This document shows positions 16,545 to 25,018 of a DNA stretch of 25,018 nucleotides, one piece after another. The DNA is from Saprospiraceae bacterium (GTDB lineage: Bacteria; Bacteroidota; Bacteroidia; Chitinophagales; Saprospiraceae). Each line of letters begins with the position of its first letter. Within the stretch, counting starts at the first letter, position 1. The position numbers and the translations under genes are program-made. Below the pieces are notes generated by a model. That model saw only the letters and a program-made list of their open reading frames with translations, did not search any database and was not told where the DNA came from. The stretch covers positions 1-25,018 of the forward strand of contig JANMVA010000008.1 of the NCBI GenBank assembly GCA_031392195.1. Direction: 5' to 3'.

Positions 16545-19500
16545 ATGAGTCGAGTTTCAACCCTTGTTTTTATTCTCTTTTCCATTTGTGTACAAAGTGT
16601 TTCTTCGCAAAATGCTATCCAACACTCTTTCACATTAAAATGGAAGGAAGATAATCTGCTCCGATTTGAAGGGGCCGGAGAATCTTTGAGTGATCCAAGA
16701 TTACCGGTTTACACATATCGGTTTCCTCTGGCCGGCAAAGTTGATCTTTCAACTCAACTTATAGTCAAGTCTTCCCAATCAATTGATCTAAGTTTATTCA
16801 AGCCGGAATTTGATTTGCCACGTACATATGTGGTGGGATCCGTTGTAGAACAGGACAGAGGGAAATGGTTTGGAAGAATCTGGTTGATGCCTATCATCAA
16901 AGCAGGTTCTGGTGCAGAGAGAATTCTTGATGGCGAAATCGTGATACAATTAAAACCATCATCCACAGTCAGTCAGACACGGTCAGGACCTGAATTCAAA
17001 CAAAGTTCTGTCCTCGCAAATGGAGTCGTTCATAAAATTTCTGTCAGCCAGGCAGGTATTTATAAACTCGATTATGCATTTATAAAAGACAAAATCAATG
17101 TTGATCCTGCGACGATTTCACCTGATCGAATTGCTATCTACGGAAATGGAGGTGGACGTGTACCTCAATGGAATAATGCCACAAGGATTGATGATCTGGA
17201 AGAGTCCTTTACACATAGTGTAGGATTGCAGGATGGCAGGATCGATCCCGGAGATTATTTTCTGTGGTATGCAGAAGCTCCGGACAAGTGGACATTTGAT
17301 AGTGAAGAAAGATTATATCACATGGATAAGAATATCTATGATGAATCCAATCATTACTATGTCATCATCAACGGACCATCCAGAACAGAGATCGGTTCAA
17401 GGACGAACTCCAATACAGGCGTGTATGAATCATCATCTTCATTATTTTATCAGCGACTGGAAGACGAAAAAGTAAATCTTCTTGGACGATTCAGAGCTCC
17501 CGGTTCAGGGCAGGAATGGTACGGTGATGAATTGGCCGGAGTCAATAAGATCGATTACACCAATCGATTTGACCTTGCTCATATGATTGCAAATGATACG
17601 CTCTCTTATAAAGTAAAATTTGCTGCTCGTTCTGCGAATGTTACGCGATTTTATGTTGGATTTAATCAGCATAGACCCAATCGAAGTGTTGGTGGGGTTA
17701 CGCTGTCTAACTTCGAAGTTGCTTTTGCTAATGATGCAATTATTCAGGGCAGTTATAAGACTATTGATCCCATCAATGAGATCTATGTCGAATATCCTGA
17801 TGCAAATGGAATCAATACCCGAGCATGGCTCGATTATATCGAAATAAACGGATGGAAAGAGAATCAGTATGATCAGGGCAAACCTCTGTACATAAGGGAT
17901 CCACGATCCTTTTACCTCGGTTCTCCAACATTTTCAGTTGGTGGTTTCCCGGTCGGAGGAATAATATGGGATATAACAAATCCTCTCAATCCTGTTAAGC
18001 AAGAATTTGCTAACGGTTCAAGAACAACTTTTTCGATCACCAATCTCAATCCTGAAAATCCTAATGAGTTTGTTGTCTTCGATCCAACAAAGGATACGCA
18101 AGTGCCAGTGTATGTTGGCGTGATCGAGAATCAAAATCTCCACAGCCATCAACGTGCAGATCTGCTGATGATTTATTACGATGAATTTGAACCTGCTGCA
18201 CTTAAGCTTGCCGATCACAGAAGATCCCATAGCCAGCTTGAAGTGATTGCCATTCCGGTCAGCCAGGTGTTTGAGGAGTTTAGCGGTGGTTCAAAAGACC
18301 CTTCAGGTATTCGGGACTTTGCCCGCATGATTTATACCCGTGATCCGGACTTCAAATACCTGATGTTGATGGGTGATGCCACATATGATTACCTGAATCG
18401 ATTTCCAGAGCTTCCTTATCAGAATTTTATCCCTGCATTTGAAACTGAGCAATCATTACATCCTATCTATTCCTTTCCTTCGGATGATTATTATGCTTTA
18501 TTAGATACTGATGAAGGTCAGACACTGAAGGGTGCAATAGATGTTGCTGTTGGCAGGATGCCGGTGAGCTCTCCGGAAGAAGCGATGGCGCTGGTAGATA
18601 AAATCATTCATTATGATTCAAGCCCTTCCACTTTAAATGATTGGCGCCAGCGTGTGGTAATGGTTGCTGATGATCAGGATGGGAACACACATTTAAATCA
18701 GGCAGATGGACTTGCAAATAAGATAGTACAGGAACATCCTGAATTGAATATTAATAAAATTTATCTCGACGCTTATCCTCAGGAATCCACCCCGGGTGGT
18801 GACCGGTATCCTGCTGTCAATGCAGATATTGATCTCAATTTGGAGAAAGGAGCTCTGACTATCACTTATATGGGACATGGAGGGCAGAATGGCTGGACAC
18901 AGGAAAGAGTATTAGGTATCAATCAATCTCAATCTTATGACAACCTCGATAACCTGCCACTGATCATTGCGGCGACATGTTCATTTGCTGGTTATGATGA
19001 GCCTAGCTTCACATCCGCTGGCGAGCATTTATTGACCAATCCGACCGGAGGTGCTATCGCATTGATGACCACTGTTCGCGCAGTTTATTCTTCATCTAAT
19101 GAACGCCTGACCCGCAATGTTCTGGACATCGTATATGAACCTGATCAGCCAGGGGAATATCCCGGCATAGCTGAAATATTGAGAAGATCCAAAAATGAGG
19201 GGGTAGATTCAATTGATGTCAATGCACGCAAATTTACATTGCTTGGCGATCCATCGATGAAGCTTGCTCATCCGCGCTATGATGTGACAGTGACGCATAT
19301 CAATGGTAATACAATTGGTGGTGGCGAGTTGGATACGTTGAGTGCTTTGGAAAAATCTTCACTTTCAGGTTTGATCGTTGATGATAATGGACAGGTATTG
19401 TCTGATTTCAACGGTAAAATTTTTCTCACTGTTTTCGATAAAGTGCAATCCCGAAAAACACTAGCCAATGATGAAGACAGTTCTGAGCGATTATTTAATG

Positions 19501-20375
19501 TGCAAAACAAGCAACTGTTTAAAGGCGCTGCGACTGTTGAAGCCGGCAGATGGTTTATAGAATTTGTGCTGCCAAAGGATATTGATTTCAGTTATGGTTC
19601 TGGAAAATTGAGCTTCTATGCACAAAATGGAGTGACGGATGCAGCAGGCTATTTTACATCCTTTATTATCGGAGGTGTTTCGGATAGTGGATTAGCTGAT
19701 GATGAACCTCCGGTGATCATGTTGTTCATGAATGACGACAATTTTGTTTCCGGTGGTATTACAGATCAGGATCCGGATATCTATATCGTGTTGGAAGATG
19801 ATTTTGGAATCAATGTATCCGGTACAGGGGTGGGCCATGATCTTGAAGCTGTTTTGGATGGTGATGAAAAAAACAGCCTTATCCTCAATGATTTTTATCA
19901 AGCCGCATTAGATGATTATACCCGTGGAGAGGTTAGGTATCCATTAAATAATATTGCAGCAGGAAAACATACATTAAAAGTCACCGCATGGGATCTCGCG
20001 AATAATCCGGGAGAAGCATATATTGAATTTCTTGTTTTGGACCAGGAAGGAGGCGTGCTGGAACATGTATTGAATTATCCCAATCCGTTTACGAATTCCA
20101 CGAATTTTCAGTTTGAACACAACAGGCCCGGAGTCGAAATGGATCTCCAGGTGTTGATCTATACGATCAATGGGCGATTGGTCAAGACGATTGAGCGAGA
20201 AGGATATAGTTCGGATGGATACAGGATTGATGACCTCCCCTGGGATGGACTAGATGACAATGGAGGTCAACTTGCGAAGGGAGTTTACGTTTATAAAATT
20301 AAAGTAGCATATCACCTCAATGGTGGGAAGGATATTGTAGAAAGTAAGGCCGAAAAGTTGGTCATATTGCGATGA
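16545..20375 (+). CDS. porU: T9SS sortase PorU (C25 gingipain-like peptidase with type A CTD)
   Basis: LANG..HKISV.QAGIYKLDY, IYGNGG, EFSGG..DP..IR, LMGDATYDY, SDDYYA, VGRMPV, catalytic His (YMGHGG) and Cys (ATCSF), LLGDP, DD.PP, SG.G.GHD, AWD.ANN, and C-terminal LNYPNPF...GVY.YKI. ATG 16545 preferred over TTG 16503. Confidence 0.95.
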   Translation: MSRVSTLVFILFSICVQSVSSQNAIQHSFTLKWKEDNLLRFEGAGESLSDPRLPVYTYRFPLAGKVDLSTQLIVKSSQSIDLSLFKPEFDLPRTYVVGSVVEQDRGKWFGRIWLMPIIKAGSGAERILDGEIVIQLKPSSTVSQTRSGPEFKQSSVLANGVVHKISVSQAGIYKLDYAFIKDKINVDPATISPDRIAIYGNGGGRVPQWNNATRIDDLEESFTHSVGLQDGRIDPGDYFLWYAEAPDKWTFDSEERLYHMDKNIYDESNHYYVIINGPSRTEIGSRTNSNTGVYESSSSLFYQRLEDEKVNLLGRFRAPGSGQEWYGDELAGVNKIDYTNRFDLAHMIANDTLSYKVKFAARSANVTRFYVGFNQHRPNRSVGGVTLSNFEVAFANDAIIQGSYKTIDPINEIYVEYPDANGINTRAWLDYIEINGWKENQYDQGKPLYIRDPRSFYLGSPTFSVGGFPVGGIIWDITNPLNPVKQEFANGSRTTFSITNLNPENPNEFVVFDPTKDTQVPVYVGVIENQNLHSHQRADLLMIYYDEFEPAALKLADHRRSHSQLEVIAIPVSQVFEEFSGGSKDPSGIRDFARMIYTRDPDFKYLMLMGDATYDYLNRFPELPYQNFIPAFETEQSLHPIYSFPSDDYYALLDTDEGQTLKGAIDVAVGRMPVSSPEEAMALVDKIIHYDSSPSTLNDWRQRVVMVADDQDGNTHLNQADGLANKIVQEHPELNINKIYLDAYPQESTPGGDRYPAVNADIDLNLEKGALTITYMGHGGQNGWTQERVLGINQSQSYDNLDNLPLIIAATCSFAGYDEPSFTSAGEHLLTNPTGGAIALMTTVRAVYSSSNERLTRNVLDIVYEPDQPGEYPGIAEILRRSKNEGVDSIDVNARKFTLLGDPSMKLAHPRYDVTVTHINGNTIGGGELDTLSALEKSSLSGLIVDDNGQVLSDFNGKIFLTVFDKVQSRKTLANDEDSSERLFNVQNKQLFKGAATVEAGRWFIEFVLPKDIDFSYGSGKLSFYAQNGVTDAAGYFTSFIIGGVSDSGLADDEPPVIMLFMNDDNFVSGGITDQDPDIYIVLEDDFGINVSGTGVGHDLEAVLDGDEKNSLILNDFYQAALDDYTRGEVRYPLNNIAAGKHTLKVTAWDLANNPGEAYIEFLVLDQEGGVLEHVLNYPNPFTNSTNFQFEHNRPGVEMDLQVLIYTINGRLVKTIEREGYSSDGYRIDDLPWDGLDDNGGQLAKGVYVYKIKVAYHLNGGKDIVESKAEKLVILR

Positions 20376-20419
20376 TGCCTTTTCATCTATCTTTGCATCG
20401 TTTTTTCAAAATAAAACTC

Positions 20420-21607
20420 ATGTTCATGAAGTTCTCTTCACTCTTAATTTCCCTGGTATTTCTGTCACAAGTGGCTTATAGTCAATGCCAATTTGAGAAA
20501 TCTTTGGACTGTCCAAATACCATTATCAGCGCAGTTCCTTTTCTGCGGATTGTCCCGGATGCCAGGTCGGCTTCGATGGGCGATGCAGGAATTGCGTCCT
20601 CTCCGGATGCCAATAGTATGCATCATAATGCCTCTAAACTTGCATTCATTGATTCTGACCTGGGACTGGCTGCCAGTTATTCCCCATGGTTAAGATCTTT
20701 AGGCTTGCAGGATGTGTATCTCGCATATCTCGCAGGATACAAAAGACTGGATGAATTCCAGACACTAGGGGCTTCCCTTCGCTATTTCGCTCTCGGAGAT
20801 CTGCAATTCACAGATGCCAGCGGTGAAGAGATTGGAGTCGGCAGGCCAAATGAATTTGAAGTTGCAATAGCCTACGCAAGAAAACTTTCTGAGAATTTCA
20901 GTGCCGGACTTACAGGTAAATTTATTTATTCAAACCTGGCAGGTGGACAGCAAATTGATAACGTAGACATTGTTGCTGCTACAGCAGGAGCAGTTGATAT
21001 CTCATTCACCTACCAGAAACCGTTGAATAATGGCAATCTTCGAATAGGTGCTGCATTTACAAACCTCGGTTCCAAGGTTTCGTATACAAAATCAGAATTT
21101 AAAGATTTTATCCCGGGTAATTTTGGACTTGGTGCTGCCTGGGAAATGAATTTTGATGATTACAATCAACTGACCTTCTTGCTTGATATCAATAAGCTAC
21201 TTGTGCCAACCCCCATTCCGGATTCCTTGCCAGAGTATGATGCCAACAATAATGGTTTTCCTGATTACCGTGAGAAACCTTTATTTGAAGGGGTATTCGG
21301 TTCATTCGGAGATGCACCTAACGGCTTCAAAGAAGAACTCCGTGAATTGATGTATTCGATCGGATTTGAATATTGGTACAATAAGCAATTCGCTTTCCGC
21401 GGTGGATATTATTATGAGCACCCGACAAAAGGTAACAGGCAATTTTTAACTGCAGGCCTTGGACTGAAATATAATGTCTTTGGTCTCAATGTTTCTTACC
21501 TCATTCCAACATCCAATCAACGTAGTCCTCTTGACAACACTTTGCGTTTTACACTTGTGTTCCATCTGGATGATAAACCTGGTGAAGAAGTTCCGGATTC
21601 AAACTAA
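20420..21607 (+). CDS. porV: T9SS outer-membrane shuttle PorV
   Basis: I.SAVPFLRIVPDARSASMGDAG.A.SPDANS..HN.SKLAF, SYSPWL, DINKLLVPTP, G.EYWY, RGGYY.E..TKGNR.F.T.G.G, LDNTLRFTL. Start at 20420 or 20426. Directly follows porU. Confidence 0.95.
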   Translation: MFMKFSSLLISLVFLSQVAYSQCQFEKSLDCPNTIISAVPFLRIVPDARSASMGDAGIASSPDANSMHHNASKLAFIDSDLGLAASYSPWLRSLGLQDVYLAYLAGYKRLDEFQTLGASLRYFALGDLQFTDASGEEIGVGRPNEFEVAIAYARKLSENFSAGLTGKFIYSNLAGGQQIDNVDIVAATAGAVDISFTYQKPLNNGNLRIGAAFTNLGSKVSYTKSEFKDFIPGNFGLGAAWEMNFDDYNQLTFLLDINKLLVPTPIPDSLPEYDANNNGFPDYREKPLFEGVFGSFGDAPNGFKEELRELMYSIGFEYWYNKQFAFRGGYYYEHPTKGNRQFLTAGLGLKYNVFGLNVSYLIPTSNQRSPLDNTLRFTLVFHLDDKPGEEVPDSN

Positions 21608-21631
21608 GAAGTTCTGGATTTAAAATATTAC

Positions 21632-21668
21632 AAGCCGGTAAAGTATGTCTTTACCGGCTTTTTTATTT
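21632..21668 (+). terminator. Intrinsic terminator of porU-porV
   Basis: AAGCCGGTAAAG-TATGT-CTTTACCGGCTT (perfect 12-bp stem) followed by TTTTATTT. Confidence 0.88.
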
Positions 21669-21721
21669 CCCAAACCTGAATGGAAACTTAATTTTCTGTT
21701 CGTTTTATGAATGGTTGTGCT

Positions 21722-21729
21722 TAAGTTTG
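21722..21729 (+). promoter_or_regulatory. -7 element TAAGTTTG immediately before the sugar porter gene
   Basis: Exact TAnnTTTG, 4 nt before GTG 21734. Confidence 0.45.
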
Positions 21730-21733
21730 AGCT

Positions 21734-23056
21734 GTGCGCAATACAAAACTCCTTTATTGGTCGATCGTAGTTGCGATGGCCGGATTTCTTTTCGGATTTG
21801 ATACAGCGGTTATATCCGGTGCAGATCAGCCAATTCAAAAATTATGGGGGCTGAGTGATTTTAGTCACGGGTTTTTCATTATGTCCATTGCTCTCTGGGG
21901 AACCGTGCTCGGTGCGTTATTCGGCGGAATACCCTGCGAAAGGCTGGGCAGAAAAAATACACTCATCATCATTGGACTATTATATATCATTTCTGCATTG
22001 GGATCAGCATTGGCATGGGATCCAATCTCATTCTCCCTTTTCCGTTTTCTCGGAGGGGTAGGGGTAGGTGCATCATCAGTTGCAGCTCCCATGTATATAT
22101 CTGAGATCGCACCACCGCAAAGAAGAGGAAGGCTTGTCATCCTTTATCAATTCAATATTGTTCTTGGCATTTTGATTGCCTATCTGTCCAATTTCCTGCT
22201 GGATGGCATTGGGGAGGAGGCATGGAGGTGGATGCTGGGTGTAGTTACTATTCCCTCGCTTATTTACACAATGATGGTGATGGGTGTTCCGGAGAGTCCA
22301 CGGTGGCTGATCCTGAAAAAGAAAGATGAATTGACAGCTCAAAAAATCATGGCTCAGATTAATCCGGGGTCGGATGTACAAAGTGAGATCGATGCAATAC
22401 GTCAGTCGCGACCTGCGACCAAGGCCCGTTTGTTTTCGGGGAAATATTCAAAACCCATTTTACTGGCTTTTTTACTCGCTTCATTCAACCAACTCTCGGG
22501 CATCAATTTTGTCATTTATTATGCACCCAGGATTTTTGAAGCTGCGGGTATAGGTGCGGATACCGCACTTTTATCATCGGTTGGAATTGGGTTTGTCAAT
22601 CTGATATTTACACTTGTAGGAATGTACTTCATAGATCGGGCGGGAAGAAAAAAATTAATGCTGATAGGTTCTATCGGATACATTATATCATTGTCAATGG
22701 TATCCATCATATTTTTTCGCGAGGACTTTTCAGGTATAGACGTGCCTGTTTACCTGTTCCTTTTTATTGCTTCACATGCCATCGGTCAGGGAGCGGTTAT
22801 CTGGGTGTATATCTCTGAGATTTTTCCTAACCAGGTCAGATCAGCTGGCCAGTCATTGGGAACATCAACCCACTGGATATTTGCAGCATTGATCACTTTG
22901 ATGATGCCCTATATTTTAAACAAGGTTAGTGGCGGACCCATCTTCGCTTTTTTTGGAGTAATGATGGTCCTGCAATTATTGTTCGTCATATGGATGATGC
23001 CTGAGACAAAAGGCATTTCATTAGAAGACCTCCAAAAGAAACTGGTCAAAGAATAA
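21734..23056 (+). CDS. MFS sugar porter (XylE/GalP/AraE-like sugar:H+ symporter)
   Basis: GFLFGFDTAVISGA, ERLGRK, GVGVG.SS..APMYISEIAP...RGRLV..YQ.NI, PESPRWL, QLSGIN...YYAP.IF, DRAGRK, GAVIWVYISEIFP, PETKG.SLE; about 12 TM segments. GTG start. Confidence 0.95.
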   Translation: MRNTKLLYWSIVVAMAGFLFGFDTAVISGADQPIQKLWGLSDFSHGFFIMSIALWGTVLGALFGGIPCERLGRKNTLIIIGLLYIISALGSALAWDPISFSLFRFLGGVGVGASSVAAPMYISEIAPPQRRGRLVILYQFNIVLGILIAYLSNFLLDGIGEEAWRWMLGVVTIPSLIYTMMVMGVPESPRWLILKKKDELTAQKIMAQINPGSDVQSEIDAIRQSRPATKARLFSGKYSKPILLAFLLASFNQLSGINFVIYYAPRIFEAAGIGADTALLSSVGIGFVNLIFTLVGMYFIDRAGRKKLMLIGSIGYIISLSMVSIIFFREDFSGIDVPVYLFLFIASHAIGQGAVIWVYISEIFPNQVRSAGQSLGTSTHWIFAALITLMMPYILNKVSGGPIFAFFGVMMVLQLLFVIWMMPETKGISLEDLQKKLVKE

Positions 23057-23081
23057 GTAAAAAAGGTAAGGAAAAGAAAAA

Positions 23082-23483
23082 TGCATCTGTGGCGTGTAAG
23101 CCGGATTCTGTATTCCCTATTCAGGAACATCTACCATTTATCTGGACCATGCATTACTGCATAGGTTCTATCTGCCTACCCCCTTCAACTACTTTCATAC
23201 GCCCGCGAGCAGCGGGATACCAGCCATGATTAAACAGCCGGAATTGAAGTGTACATGACATTTCAGCCCGTAAGGTTTATCCCATGTCCAGGTTACCCTG
23301 ATCATGCGTGCGCTTTTACCACACGTTTTCACCCTTATCACGCCGTTGGCGTGACGGTTATTTTCTGTGACACTTTCTGTTCCCGCTCAACGCGGGACCC
23401 ATCAGTTAGATGGTACGGTACTCTACGCTGTCCGGACTTTCCTCCCTCATCTTCATGAGAGCGATAGATCCTCCACAGATGCA
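23082..23483 (-). ncRNA. rnpB: RNase P RNA, bacterial type A
   Basis: Minus strand has GAGGAAAGTCCGGAC near the 5' end and ACAGAATCCGGCTTA near the 3' end (P4 signatures). Terminal P1 is TGCATCTGTGG / CCACAGATGCA (11 bp). Also P3 with a GAAG loop, P6 pseudoknot GAGTA/TGCTC, P18 with a GTAA loop, and P19. Confidence 0.97.
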
Positions 23484-23600
23484 GGTGGTTAACGATGTAC
23501 CGTTCTGAATAGTTGCTTCAAGCCAAATCGACTTCAGGTCGGTATATAATCCTGTGATAGATAATAAATTACTCATTAGATATTATCTTTATGTGAATTT

Positions 23601-25018
23601 ATGTGGATCAAGGACAAGGTTCACAGGTACCTGGCGATCACAGGTCTCTGTATTTTGATGCTGACAGCACTCGTCGGCTTTGACCATATTTCGAATGATA
23701 AAGCTCATTTTGCTCAGCTTATCGAGCAAAATATTCATGATCTTGAGTCCCAGGCTGCCAAATTAATCAGAGAAGGCGATTGGATCGGACAGGTCAGATC
23801 GGTCAAGAATTCGGGCCGGATCCTATCAAATGATCTTGTCTATCAGATCGAAGAATTAAGCAAACAACCCTTCTCGATCTATCTCTATCATGCGGATAGC
23901 TTAATATTCTGGTCCAAGCCCGGCCTGATCATAGACCCGTCCAATCCTGAGTTTGCAAATATTCCATGTGTAAAGAGCGATCACCGCCAGGATTATTATG
24001 TCAAGCAAACCGAAATCGCAGACAAACAGGATCTGATCAAAGTCTATTTTAAGATCCCAATCATTCCGGAACAAGAGAAAGCTTACAGCATTCGGGTGAC
24101 GCCTTATAAGTTTGGTCATCCTTCCCCTGATAATGCAACGCTCATACGAAGTAAGGAAGGTGCGCCGATCGCACATGTAGAATTACTCCGGAAAGAGTTT
24201 TCTTTTTTCCTCCAATGTGTCCTTTTTATTTTTTGCCTGGCAGCATTTTGGGCCACAGCTATGGCGTGGATATCGTGGATTCAAAACAGGCCTGAACCCA
24301 AAGTCTCACATATCAATAAAGTTTTGCTACAGATGTCCGGCGTTTTGGGCCTTCGAATGGGCACTTTGTTTTTGCCTTATCATGATTTTTTCGATCAACT
24401 CTCTCTTTTAAGCCCAATCATCCAGGCCATTTCATTTCCTTATTCAATCATTGATCTGCTATTGGATAGTGCCATTTTTCTTTGGTTGTGCACCCTGGCC
24501 AGTAAAATCTATAGCCGGGACATTGAGATAGGAACGGCTGTGTCCACAAGCGGATCCATTAAAAATTCATGGGCTGACCGACTGATGACAACAAGTCATT
24601 ACCTGGTAGTCATCATGATGTGTGGTCTGACTGCATGGATCCTCAGACAGGTTGTCGGTCAAAGTAATTTCCGACTTGACCTGGGAGAGATTTCATTGTT
24701 TGACATTCATCACTTTCTTTCCATCATGGCATGTGGCCTGATCGTGATGGGCGTATTCACATTCTCATTTCAAATTGTCACTAGAGCTATTTTTTATACG
24801 CGAAATTTTTATGAGCGAATGATCGCGCTCTTGTTTGCAGGGGCGATCAGTATTCCGTTACTCCATTTAATTGAAATAGACCTTCCATATGTAGGATTTT
24901 ATCTGGGCGTATTCATCTTGATGACTTTACTCGATCTGTATATCGAACAGGGCAACCGTTCTGTGATATGGGTATTGAGTTGGCTCATCACAATTTCATC
25001 CATGACAGCACTTGTCTT
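23601..25018 (+). CDS. 5' part (at least 472 aa, runs off the window) of a large polytopic membrane protein, probably the Bacteroidota NtrY-like sensor histidine kinase
   Basis: Open frame from ATG 23601 to the window end with no stop (MWIKDKVHRYLAITGLCILMLTALVGFD...). An N-terminal TM helix, a ~190-aa periplasmic region (IYLYHADSLIFWS) and then about 7-8 hydrophobic segments. The kinase domain is not visible, so the product is inferred from architecture. Missed by the ORF track. Confidence 0.6.
   Translation, partial: MWIKDKVHRYLAITGLCILMLTALVGFDHISNDKAHFAQLIEQNIHDLESQAAKLIREGDWIGQVRSVKNSGRILSNDLVYQIEELSKQPFSIYLYHADSLIFWSKPGLIIDPSNPEFANIPCVKSDHRQDYYVKQTEIADKQDLIKVYFKIPIIPEQEKAYSIRVTPYKFGHPSPDNATLIRSKEGAPIAHVELLRKEFSFFLQCVLFIFCLAAFWATAMAWISWIQNRPEPKVSHINKVLLQMSGVLGLRMGTLFLPYHDFFDQLSLLSPIIQAISFPYSIIDLLLDSAIFLWLCTLASKIYSRDIEIGTAVSTSGSIKNSWADRLMTTSHYLVVIMMCGLTAWILRQVVGQSNFRLDLGEISLFDIHHFLSIMACGLIVMGVFTFSFQIVTRAIFYTRNFYERMIALLFAGAISIPLLHLIEIDLPYVGFYLGVFILMTLLDLYIEQGNRSVIWVLSWLITISSMTALV

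Noticed and set aside
846-23130. Remaining 60-110-aa ORFs nested in or antisense to the major CDSs
   Set aside because: All are fully explained as shadows of well-supported genes.
23249-23458. 69-aa ORF
   Set aside because: Lies entirely antisense within rnpB.
23901-24411. 91-aa and 64-aa ORFs
   Set aside because: Out-of-frame or antisense shadows of the long CDS starting at 23601.
1-25018. CRISPR arrays, IS/transposases, integrases, prophage, toxin-antitoxin or defence genes, tRNA/rRNA
   Set aside because: No repeat-spacer periodicity, terminal inverted repeats with a transposase, cloverleaf or rRNA signatures, or obvious compositional island seen; the window looks like conserved core genome.

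Overview
AT-rich (roughly 40% GC by eye), densely coding core-genome window from a gliding Bacteroidota. Saprospiraceae/Chitinophagales-like is an inference from gene content and TAnnTTTG promoter elements. Left to right: a short partial ORF; an SRPBCC gene; two tandem DUF2911 paralogs; a long minus-strand run (pyruvate dehydrogenase E2, recR, GT2 fusion protein, M20 amidohydrolase, NtrC/NtrX-like regulator, LOG-family protein); an OmpA-family protein; a degenerate arginase-fold protein; murF; a type IX secretion/gliding cluster (gldJ and a PorP/SprF gene divergent from porU-porV); an MFS sugar porter; the RNase P RNA (rnpB); and the N-terminus of a large membrane protein, probably a sensor kinase, that the ORF track missed. 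I found no mobile element, CRISPR array, prophage or defence island, and no clearly new multi-gene system. The best leads are three apparently disarmed or truncated proteins (GT2 fused to a phosphoglycosyl-transferase-like domain without its catalytic segment, an enhancer-binding regulator without its HTH, an arginase fold without metal ligands), the porP-gldJ arrangement with three helically phased repeats upstream of gldJ, and two candidate leaderless genes.
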